Part shown: positions 54,024 to 62,070 of the stretch, one piece after another | Layout of the letters: every line of letters starts with the position of its first letter | Position numbering within the stretch: position 1 is the first letter of the stretch | Origin: Hyalangium minutum | GTDB lineage: Bacteria > Myxococcota > Myxococcia > Myxococcales > Myxococcaceae | Assembly (NCBI RefSeq): GCF_000737315.1 | Contig: NZ_JMCB01000001.1 | Span: 1 to 64,000 of the forward strand | Direction of reading: 5' to 3' | Length of the DNA: 64,000 nt | The notes under the pieces: generated by a model | Told to the model about the DNA's origin: nothing | Database searches by the model: none | Seen by the model: only the letters and a program-made list of their open reading frames with translations | Made by a program: the position numbers and the translations under genes

Positions 54024-55784
54024 CTAGCGCGATCCCCCGCGAGGTCCACGCCCCGAGTTGCCCCCAGAAGGGGGCCGGGTGGGCCGCTGGCCGCCTGCTC
54101 CCCCGCCGCGTGAGGCCAGGGACGGCCGGGCTGCCGTCTTTCCCGAGAGGACCCGGGGCGGACGCTCCGGTTCGTTTGTAAGTGAACTGCTCACCCCCGT
54201 CCCTCGGCTGCGGACACCCGGCGAGGAAATGACGCGAGAGCCATCCGGGTCCATGGGGGCCGGCGGCCGGTCGGCCATGCGCGGAGGAACGCGAGCGGGA
54301 GGCACTCCGCGCGGATCCCCTTCACGCGGCCGGGAGGGCGCACCCGCCTCGGGCGGAGGCCGGCGAGAGCCCGCACGGGAGTTCTCGACCTCAGGAGGAG
54401 GCTGACGGGAGCCGACGCGAGAGGCCTCTCTTGAGGGCGGAGGGCCCACCCGGGCGCCCCCGGGCTCCGGCGGCACGCCCTGTGAGTCTTTCCGCGGCCC
54501 CACGCGCGCGTTGCGCGAGAGCGCGGGTGGATCGTCGTCGATGGGAGGACCGATGCGAGAGGGCTCGCGCGAGGAGAGCGCTCCGGCTCGGCGAGCAGCG
54601 CGCTCGGCCATGGGATCCCGGCGGACGCTGCTGTCCCCGGAGTTGGCGCCTCCCGTGGGCCCCGCGAATCCCGCGCGCCGGGCCTCGCGCTCGGCCATGG
54701 CATCCCGGCGGGGCGCAGGCGGCGGCTGGACGACGTTGGAGCGCTCCTGGCCTCCAGGGGGCGGACGCGCGGGAGGTGGCTCGCGGCTGGGAGGCGCGCC
54801 ACGCATGGGTGGCGGGTTGAGCGCCGGACGCTGCGGGGTGAGCCGCACAGGGCGCTCGATGAGGCCTCGGGCGGCCAGCCGCTCCAGATCCGCGACGATG
54901 TCGGCACGGCCGCCGTCCGTCACACGAGAGGCGGGCTTGGAGCGCTCGTCGCGAACCCACTTGGCCAGCAGGCTCCCGAAGTCCCCGCGGTGGCGCTCGA
55001 GCATGCGCGCGGCGAACTCCGCGGACTGAGACACACACGCACGAGCCAGGCGCTGGGTGCCCGCGCTGCGGATGGCGCCCGCCAGATTCTTCAGCCCGTC
55101 ATGGACGGCGAGCTGCTCCTTGGCCTCCTCTGAAGGCAGCTTACGTGGGGCGTTGGCCTGGACGGCCTTGGAGGCCAGGGACTTCATGTCCGGCGGAAGG
55201 GCGGCGATGAGCCCCTCGCGCTGCGCATCCTCGAGCCCGGCCATCGCCGGCCCCAGCACGCGCGCGCCGAGCCGATCACACACGGTGAGCAGCTCACGCG
55301 GCTGCAGCATGAGCACATCGGTGAACTTGAAGGCGGCCTGGGAGCCGGAGCTGTGCTTGAGCCGCTCCTCGAGCTTCCAGCGGATGATGTCCAGCACCTG
55401 CGGACGCACCTCGCGGGAGAGCTTCACTGGGCGCTGCGGCAGGTGGGCACGCACGGCCTCGGCCAGCACGGAGGGCAAGGCCCGGAGCACCACCTCGGCC
55501 AGCGCGCCGCGCTCCTTCTGGATGAGGGCAGCCAGCTTCTCCGGCTCGGCGTTCCAGAGCTGGCCGCGCCGGTCCTTCACCAGCTTCTTGATCTCCTGCA
55601 CGAGAAACGGAATCCGCTTCTCACGCGGGATGTGCATGATCTCCTGCGCGCGGTGGAGCAACAGCTCCCCGTCCTCCGGCGCGAGGTGCTCGAGCGCGGC
55701 GACGCCCTCCTGACCGCCGAAGGTGATGGCGGTCAGCAGCAGCATCGTCTGGCGCTTGTTGAGCGAGGTGAAGAATTGATCCAA
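54024..55784 (-). CDS. SctK/FliG-like helical protein with long Pro/Arg-rich tail
   Basis: Position between sctJ and sctL; helical N-terminal part; disordered C-terminal part. Confidence 0.55.
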   Translation of the reverse strand: MDQFFTSLNKRQTMLLLTAITFGGQEGVAALEHLAPEDGELLLHRAQEIMHIPREKRIPFLVQEIKKLVKDRRGQLWNAEPEKLAALIQKERGALAEVVLRALPSVLAEAVRAHLPQRPVKLSREVRPQVLDIIRWKLEERLKHSSGSQAAFKFTDVLMLQPRELLTVCDRLGARVLGPAMAGLEDAQREGLIAALPPDMKSLASKAVQANAPRKLPSEEAKEQLAVHDGLKNLAGAIRSAGTQRLARACVSQSAEFAARMLERHRGDFGSLLAKWVRDERSKPASRVTDGGRADIVADLERLAARGLIERPVRLTPQRPALNPPPMRGAPPSREPPPARPPPGGQERSNVVQPPPAPRRDAMAEREARRAGFAGPTGGANSGDSSVRRDPMAERAARRAGALSSREPSRIGPPIDDDPPALSRNARVGPRKDSQGVPPEPGGARVGPPPSREASRVGSRQPPPEVENSRAGSRRPPPEAGAPSRPREGDPRGVPPARVPPRMADRPPAPMDPDGSRVISSPGVRSRGTGVSSSLTNEPERPPRVLSGKTAARPSLASRGGGAGGQRPTRPPSGGNSGRGPRGGSR

Positions 55785-55857
55785 ACCGGTTCACCTCGAG
55801 GGACGCAGGTCCCGGGGTTCGAAGCAGAGAGCCTCAGAGCCTAACGCTGCCCGCGCC

Positions 55858-56643
55858 TCAGCGGCGGGCCGGACGCGCGTCGCCCGAGCCTCCGCGCATG
55901 AGTACCCAGGCCGAGAGGCCAATCATGGCCAGGACGAAGATGGAGACAATGCCCACGAGCACGCGGAACTGGCCAGCGCTGGCCGCCGTCATGCGCAGGC
56001 CGAACACGTCCTGCAGCCGGCTCTCCGGGTTGGTCTCCGCCGAGGGAGGCAGGCCCGGGGTGAGCAGCACCGTCACGCGGTCCGGCTTGAGCTCCTGCAC
56101 CGCGGAGCTGACGAAGGTCTGCACATCCTTCTCCGTCACCGGCGGCTTGCCCTCGAGGCTTGGGCGGTAGCGGATCATCACCGAGGCCGACGGCATCGGC
56201 TTGTTCTCCGGCTGCGTCAGGTCATTCGTCTCCGGGATGTTGACGATGACGTTGGACTCCAGCACGCCGTCGACCTTGTTCAGGGCGTTGGAGATCTCGC
56301 CAGCAATGGCCTTGAGCATCATCGCGCGCTCTTCTGCGGCGGTGGGCACCATGCTGCCCTTGGCGAAGTGGTTGAAGCCCTTCTCCATGGGGCGCGGCAG
56401 CGAGTTGGCGCGCAGCAGCTCCGCGGCCTGAGCGGCGTCGGACTTCGGCACCTGGATGGTGAAGCGCATGTCCGTGCCTTCACCCGCCGCGACCTTGGTG
56501 GCGTTGATGCCGTTCTTGCTGAGCAGAACGTAGATCTCGTTGGCGTCCTCTTCCGTGAGGCCGTGCTGCAGTTCAATGGAGCAGCCCGTCACGAGGAGCA
56601 GGGCCAACAAGGGAAGGAGGCGGGTGGACGATCGATGAGTCAT
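55858..56643 (-). CDS. sctJ: T3SS inner-membrane ring lipoprotein SctJ
   Basis: Lipobox VTGC; GLTEEDANEI; MVPT..EERA; SASVMIRY; C-terminal TM. Confidence 0.93.
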   Translation of the reverse strand: MTHRSSTRLLPLLALLLVTGCSIELQHGLTEEDANEIYVLLSKNGINATKVAAGEGTDMRFTIQVPKSDAAQAAELLRANSLPRPMEKGFNHFAKGSMVPTAAEERAMMLKAIAGEISNALNKVDGVLESNVIVNIPETNDLTQPENKPMPSASVMIRYRPSLEGKPPVTEKDVQTFVSSAVQELKPDRVTVLLTPGLPPSAETNPESRLQDVFGLRMTAASAGQFRVLVGIVSIFVLAMIGLSAWVLMRGGSGDARPARR

Positions 56644-56704
56644 GTGCGGGGCCTAGCTTAGCGGCGCGGCCTTGCCGTTCCAACATGGGGTCCGGAAAAC
56701 GTGG

Positions 56705-56739
56705 AAGGGCGATCCCCCCACTAAAGAGGGATCGCCCTT
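56705..56739 (-). terminator. Hairpin terminator after sctI
   Basis: aagggcgatccc...gggatcgccctt inverted repeat. Confidence 0.7.
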
Positions 56740-56772
56740 GGAAGCGCTGCCCGGATGAGGGGCAGGCAGCCT

Positions 56773-57324
56773 TTACACCTGGGTCTTGACCACGTCCTTG
56801 AGGCCGCTGGTGGCCTTCTCGACGACCTTCGACGTGAGGTCCAGCTCCTGGGTGTACTTGTACATGGAGGCCTGGAGCGAGAGCAGCTCCGAGTTGGAGA
56901 AGTTCTTCCCGCTCATGCCGGAGTTGATGAGCTTCTCCAGGTTCATCTGGCCCTTCTCCAGCGAGGAGACGACGCTGGAGACCATGGTGTTGGCCTTGCT
57001 CGTCTGCGCCTTCGCGTCCACCGGCTCCGCGGCCTTGGCGGTCAGCTGCTGGCTGTTGGCGCCGTTGACCTTGTTGAGGCCTGCCTTCTCCGTCTTGTTG
57101 ACGTCGTCGACCTTACGCGACGCGTCGACCTGCTGGGCCTTCTGCGTCTGCTGGACCGACTGCGCCTGCTGCACGCCCTGGGCCTGGTCAACGCCCTGAG
57201 ACTTGTTAGCGAGAACCCCGTCGAACTTCGAGGCTCCCTGCTTGTTCACCTGCTGCGCGCCCTGATCCTGCAGCTTCTGCTGCGCGATCTGTGCGGCCGA
57301 GATGCCTGCTGTCGGACCCGCCAT
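56773..57324 (-). CDS. sctI: SctI-like inner rod protein
   Basis: C-terminus ELLSLQASMYKYTQELDLTSKVVEKATSGLKDVVKTQV matches the YscI/HrpB2 pattern; lies upstream of sctJ. Confidence 0.7.
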   Translation of the reverse strand: MAGPTAGISAAQIAQQKLQDQGAQQVNKQGASKFDGVLANKSQGVDQAQGVQQAQSVQQTQKAQQVDASRKVDDVNKTEKAGLNKVNGANSQQLTAKAAEPVDAKAQTSKANTMVSSVVSSLEKGQMNLEKLINSGMSGKNFSNSELLSLQASMYKYTQELDLTSKVVEKATSGLKDVVKTQV

Positions 57325-58039
57325 GTGACTGCCTCCTTGCATCGTCGGAGGAAGCCGGGGCTTCCTCGTCGTCTAAAAGTTCCTTGAGCCGCTCGATGGC
57401 CCGCGCATGAAGCCGCGACGCCCAGCTCTTCGACTGCCCAATCTCCGCGCCCGCCTCTTCCAGCGTCTTCCCGTGGAAGTAGTACCCCTGCAGCAGCTGC
57501 CGCTCCTTCTCCGGGAGCTGATCGATCGCCGCCCTCACCCGCCGCTTCAGCTGCTCCATCTCCAGCCGCTGATCCGCCGGCAGAGACTCATCCACGTACC
57601 CCGACGCGTCCAGCCCTTCCAGGCTGGTGGCCAGCACCATGGCCAGCCCCGTCACCGCGTTGGAGATGTCATTCACATCATCGTCAAATGACCCTCCGCG
57701 GTTGCCTCCGCCCTGCTCGCGGTCCGACAAATTTCCAAGGTAAGCGGCCGCCCGTTCACCCACGAACGCGCCGCGCGCATCCGCGCCCTTCAACACCCCC
57801 ATTTTCCTCAGGCCGTCGAAAATGGCGCCCTTGATGCGGTAGTGGGCAAAGGTGAGGAAATTGGCTCCCACCTTGGGATCAAAGCGATCTGCCGCCTCGA
57901 GCAGACCGATCTGCCCGTAGGCCATCAACTCCTCGATCTCGAGCTGGGCGTTGAACTGCTTGCGGACAGTCGCTGCCAGCGACCGCACGTAAGGGCCGTA
58001 TTTCTCGAGGATCGCCTTCTTGTCGTCGCCGAAGCCCAA
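57206..58039 (-). CDS. FliA/WhiG-like (sigma28-type) RNA polymerase sigma factor
   Basis: Region 2 EELMAYGQIGLLEAADRFDP...YRIKGAIFDGLR; region 4 LPEKERQLLQGYY...TLEEAG...SRLHARA. TTG start inferred; 3' end overlaps the sctI start. Confidence 0.85.
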   Translation of the reverse strand: MGFGDDKKAILEKYGPYVRSLAATVRKQFNAQLEIEELMAYGQIGLLEAADRFDPKVGANFLTFAHYRIKGAIFDGLRKMGVLKGADARGAFVGERAAAYLGNLSDREQGGGNRGGSFDDDVNDISNAVTGLAMVLATSLEGLDASGYVDESLPADQRLEMEQLKRRVRAAIDQLPEKERQLLQGYYFHGKTLEEAGAEIGQSKSWASRLHARAIERLKELLDDEEAPASSDDARRQSHGGSDSRHLGRTDRAAEAAGSGRAAGEQAGSLEVRRGSR

Positions 58040-58046
58040 ACGCCGC

Positions 58047-58448
58047 TCACTCGGCCTTCGACCACAGCCGCTCAAGAACCTGGTTGAGCCGGGGATCCTC
58101 TTGGAGCGCGTCCGCGATCTTGCTGGAGAGCGCGGAGGACTTCATCCGGAGCTTCTCCTTGAGGACCTCAGCGACGAGGTGCTTCGTGGCCTCCTCCTTG
58201 TTCTTGAAGCCGCCGTTCTTGAGCTGCTTGGCGATGGCCATGGCCTGGGAGGAGATGGGATCCGCCGCCCGGGCCTGCTCGACATTGGAAGAGCCCACCA
58301 GCCCGGAGGGCCCCACCAGGGACTCGGCCTTGTCGACCTTGCCCCCGAAACTCGAACCACCCGCGGGAGCCTTGCCGGACGCACCCCTCGCGCCACCCGC
58401 ACGGCCCTTACCACCCCCGCGTCCTACGCCACCGACTGACATCGCCAA
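58047..58448 (-). CDS. Hypothetical protein, possible FlgM-like anti-sigma
   Basis: Gly-rich N-terminus; AIAKQLKNGGFK segment; immediately upstream of the sigma gene. Confidence 0.6.
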   Translation of the reverse strand: MAMSVGGVGRGGGKGRAGGARGASGKAPAGGSSFGGKVDKAESLVGPSGLVGSSNVEQARAADPISSQAMAIAKQLKNGGFKNKEEATKHLVAEVLKEKLRMKSSALSSKIADALQEDPRLNQVLERLWSKAE

Positions 58449-58475
58449 GCCTCCTCAGCTCCAGCGCATTGTGCG

Positions 58476-58910
58476 CTACTTCTTCGGCGGAGGCAGCGCC
58501 CCCGCCTCTTTTGCATCGATGAGGGCACGCGCGAGCCGGGCGCCATCGCCCTCGGGCTCGAGATCCACCGCGGCCTTCAGTTCCTTCAGCGCTTCCGGGA
58601 CCTTGCCCATGAAGAGTAGCGCTTCGCCAGCGTGCGCGCGCGGCAGGGCGGAGTTCGGGGCCAGACGCTGGGCCGCCCGGTAGGCTTGCAGGGCCTTGTC
58701 GTGGCGCCCCTGGGCGAACTCCAGCGCGCCCAGCGCCAGCTGCGGCACCTCGCTCTTGGGCATCAAGGCCACGGCGCCGGTGAAGACGTCCTTCGCCTTG
58801 TCGTACTTGCCCATCTCCAGCCAGATGTAGCCGGCCTCGAGCAGGATCATCGCCTGCTGCTTGCCCACCGGGACGACGCTGCCAGCAATCTCCGACGCAG
58901 ACTCCGCCAT
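58476..58910 (-). CDS. TPR chaperone (SycD- or YscG-like)
   Basis: Three TPRs; next to the long needle-like paralog. Confidence 0.75.
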   Translation of the reverse strand: MAESASEIAGSVVPVGKQQAMILLEAGYIWLEMGKYDKAKDVFTGAVALMPKSEVPQLALGALEFAQGRHDKALQAYRAAQRLAPNSALPRAHAGEALLFMGKVPEALKELKAAVDLEPEGDGARLARALIDAKEAGALPPPKK

Positions 58911-59008
58911 GAAGCGTGCTCTCCTGTGCAAGGGCCCGGAAGGAAGAAGGGGGGCAGTACCGCAGCCCCCCTTCCCACTCGGCGCCCGACCACCAACAGC
59001 TTAGCGGA

Positions 59009-59584
59009 TTAGCGGATGTTGCCGATCGCGTTCTTCGCCGTCTCGTGGCGGGACTTCAGCACGTTGGAGACGGCCTGGTACTTCTGGGACTCCTGCTGCA
59101 TGGCGGACTGGAGCTTCAGCAGGTTCTTCTGCTCCTGGAACATGCCGGCCAGCTCACCGTTGAACTCGGAGCCCGGCGTGCCCGTGTTGCCCGCCAGGTA
59201 GTTCGGGCCGCCCGCGGTGCCGCCGCCGCCCACGCCCGGGATGCCGACGCTGCCGCCGGAGCCCACGGTGGTGTTCACGGAGGGAACGCCCACCGAGCCC
59301 GCGCCCGTGCTGCCCGAGCCCGCGCCCGGCAGAACCGACGTGTACGGAGTGGACGCGCCGCCAGTGGCGCCCGACGCGGTAAGCGTCGTCATCGACGAGA
59401 CCGCCGCCGAGACGATGCCGCCACCGGAGAACATCCCCGTGGCCAGACCCACGCCGCCGGCGACCGCGCCCGCCGCGTTGTTCACGCCCGCCTGAACGCG
59501 AGCACCGAAGCTCGTGTCCGGGGTCTGCCGACCCACCGACAGGTTGGTAGACATCCGAGGACCCATCAATCCATCGACCTTCAT
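59009..59584 (-). CDS. 191-aa Gly-rich protein with needle-subunit-like C-terminus
   Basis: EQKNLLKLQSAMQQESQKYQAVSNVLKSRHETAKNAIGNIR aligns without gaps to the 75-aa proteins. Confidence 0.8.
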   Translation of the reverse strand: MKVDGLMGPRMSTNLSVGRQTPDTSFGARVQAGVNNAAGAVAGGVGLATGMFSGGGIVSAAVSSMTTLTASGATGGASTPYTSVLPGAGSGSTGAGSVGVPSVNTTVGSGGSVGIPGVGGGGTAGGPNYLAGNTGTPGSEFNGELAGMFQEQKNLLKLQSAMQQESQKYQAVSNVLKSRHETAKNAIGNIR

Positions 59585-59652
59585 TTTTTCCTCCAGCGTT
59601 CGGACAACTTCGAAAGGTTCAGAGCCCCGGCCAGCCCGGCGCTCTCATTGTA

Positions 59653-59680
59653 ATTATCGCTGATCACGCGCCTGGGTTGC
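59653..59680 (-). promoter_or_regulatory. sigma28-type promoter GCAA-N15-AGCGATAA
   Basis: Sense strand gcaacccaggcgcgtgatcagcgataat, about 70 bp before the ATG at 59584. Confidence 0.6.
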
Positions 59681-59750
59681 CTCGGGTCCGGAAAATCCCG
59701 GCGCAACGCAAATGTTTCCAGCAATTCCAGGCACTTGCGCAGCGGGGTAG

Positions 59751-60029
59751 CTACTTGCGGCCCTTGCCGCCCTTGTTCTCCGCGATCAGATGTTCGCGCG
59801 TTTCGAGAAGAATGCCCAGTAGCTCTTCGGCGCTTGACAACGCGGCCTGGATCTTCTTGCCCTGCTCAGCCTTGGGACCCTTGAGGGTGTCGAGGCCCTC
59901 CTTGATGGGGTTGAAGAGCGACTGGACCTCTTCCGCGGTGGCGCCCTCGATGAAGGACTCGATCGCCGGATAGGACGGAGTGGGAAGAGGCTCAGCTTCA
60001 GGGGCTTGCTGCTGCTTGGGAGGAGGCAT
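59751..60029 (-). CDS. Small helical hypothetical protein at the head of the T3SS cluster
   Basis: 92-aa ORF; amphipathic helices. Confidence 0.7.
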   Translation of the reverse strand: MPPPKQQQAPEAEPLPTPSYPAIESFIEGATAEEVQSLFNPIKEGLDTLKGPKAEQGKKIQAALSSAEELLGILLETREHLIAENKGGKGRK

Positions 60030-60297
60030 TGTAGGAAGGGTCTCCTGTCAGGGCGCCGTCCGGGCGGCCGACTCAAAAGCGGATGTACGGACGGTAGGAG
60101 AAAACTCCCTCTCTGTTCAAGACGGGCGTCGTACCACCGAGAGCAATGTGGACAGAAAGCCACGGCCGCAGAGCAAGCATGCACGCGGCATTGCCTCGGA
60201 GGGCCTGTCCGCGCCTCCCAGCGCACCTACGTTTTTCCTAGCGGGGGATGCGCACCGCCCTTCCGCACTCACCACATCCAGATGGGGGATGACTTCC

Positions 60298-60939
60298 ATG
60301 AAGAAGCTGACGGGACTTTTCGCGGCCGTGGCACTGATGAGCCCGGGCATGGCGCTCGCGAACGAGGGGAAGAAGCACGACCAGCAGCAGACGCAGAACC
60401 AGAGCAACACGGGCGGGTCTGGCGTCCAGACAACCACCGGTAGCAGCCCCGAGAGCTCGCTCGGTACGGGCAACCAGATGGGCCAGAGCGGAACGACGAA
60501 CCCGCTGAGCGGCAACCAGATCACGGGCCGCGTCGTGAAGAGCGACAAGAAGATGATCTGGGTCGAGCACGCGGGCGCCATCGTCCCGCTGAAGGTCGAC
60601 AAGAACACGCAGTTCACGGATCCGAGCCTGAAGCGGGCCTCGGACTTCAAGGAGGGCGATGAGATCCGCGCCTCCTTCGAAGTGCGCAAGACGGACAACG
60701 TGGCCACCAGCATCCAGAAGAACACCGACGTGGGCCAGGGCGGCAGCGGCTCGGACGTGATGATGCCGGACAAGGGCATCAACCAGCCGTCGGACACCCT
60801 GCCTCCTTCCAGCGTGCCGCCCATGAATGAGGGACTGGGCGGCAGCGGCGACCTGGGCCCTGACATCACCCACCAGGGCTCGGACCTCGGCACTGGCTCG
60901 GACGTGAACCAGGGCAACAAGACCAGCGGCGACTTCTAG
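60298..60939 (+). CDS. Secreted low-complexity protein with a small beta (OB-like) domain
   Basis: Signal peptide MKKLTGLFAAVALMSPGMALA; ITGRVVK...V...T.F...GDEIRASF. Confidence 0.7.
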   Translation: MKKLTGLFAAVALMSPGMALANEGKKHDQQQTQNQSNTGGSGVQTTTGSSPESSLGTGNQMGQSGTTNPLSGNQITGRVVKSDKKMIWVEHAGAIVPLKVDKNTQFTDPSLKRASDFKEGDEIRASFEVRKTDNVATSIQKNTDVGQGGSGSDVMMPDKGINQPSDTLPPSSVPPMNEGLGGSGDLGPDITHQGSDLGTGSDVNQGNKTSGDF

Positions 60940-61332
60940 CAGCGCCCTGCTCCTGAGAGCGCTCCGCTGCTCTGCAGGAGTGCTGCTGACCACCTGCTGG
61001 GCCCGAGGCCCGCGATCCACCGCTCGGATCGTGGGCCTCGATCTTTGTAACAAGGCCGTAACGGCTTGCCCTCCGCTCGCTCTTCTCCCACCCCCATTCC
61101 ACATTGACGGCGTTGTCGTGAGGCAGCTAGATGCCGCCCCGTCGGGTGGTGCCGCGTCCTTGCGTCGCACCACTATCCAGGGGGTCGCCATGACGGCGGG
61201 TGGGAATTGCCACCTCGAGAGCCGCTTTAGCGAATGTGTCCGCCACACGAGCGGAGCCGTCCGCAAGCCATCATCCGCCCCGCCCCGCCTGGTCCCCCTG
61301 CCCGTCAGCGAGTTGTGAAAGGACCCCTCTCC

Positions 61333-62070
61333 ATGTCCGCAGCGCCCATTGTCGACATCAACGAAGTCACCAAGGACTACCGCCTCGGCAAGGTGGTGGT
61401 GCCCGCCCTCCGAGGCGTCTCGCTCCAGGTTCACCCCGGAGAGTTCATCTCCATCGCGGGCCCGTCGGGCAGCGGGAAGACGACGATGCTGAACCTCATT
61501 GGCTGCGTGGACACTGCCACCGCAGGCGTGGTGAAGGTGGCCGGCCAGGACACGAAGCAGCTCACCGAGCGAGCGCTCACGGACCTGCGGCTGCACACCA
61601 TCGGGTTCATCTTCCAGAGCTTCAACCTGGTGTCGGTGCTCAGCGTCTTCCAGAACGTGGAATTCCCCCTGCTGCTCCAGAAGAAGCTCAACGCCCAGCA
61701 GCGGCGTGAGCGGGTCACGCAATTGCTGGAGCAGGTGGGCCTCGCCGGCCACGCGAAGCACCGCCCCAACGAGCTGTCCGGCGGACAGCGCCAGCGCGTC
61801 GCGGTCGCCCGCGCCCTGGTGACTCAGCCGCAGATCGTCCTGGCGGACGAGCCGACGGCGAACCTGGACTCCGTCACCGGCCAGCAGATCATCGACCTGA
61901 TGAAGGCGATGAACCGCGAGCGCGGCACCACCTTCATCTTCTCCACGCACGACGCCAAGGTGATGACCCACGCCAACGCCGTGGTGCGTCTGAAGGACGG
62001 GATGATCCTCGACCGCGTCACTCCCGCCGAGGCGGGCATGGCCCTGGCGGCCGGTGCGGAGGGGCACTGA
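61333..62070 (+). CDS. ABC transporter ATP-binding protein (LolD/MacB type)
   Basis: GPSGSGKTT, LSGGQRQRVAVARAL, LADEPT, STHD. Confidence 0.95.
   Translation: MSAAPIVDINEVTKDYRLGKVVVPALRGVSLQVHPGEFISIAGPSGSGKTTMLNLIGCVDTATAGVVKVAGQDTKQLTERALTDLRLHTIGFIFQSFNLVSVLSVFQNVEFPLLLQKKLNAQQRRERVTQLLEQVGLAGHAKHRPNELSGGQRQRVAVARALVTQPQIVLADEPTANLDSVTGQQIIDLMKAMNRERGTTFIFSTHDAKVMTHANAVVRLKDGMILDRVTPAEAGMALAAGAEGH

Noticed and set aside
31359-60029. Interpretation as a flagellar gene cluster
   Set aside because: No flagellin, hook, rod, L/P-ring or motor genes; SctJ, SctI and SycD-type genes indicate a non-flagellar T3SS.
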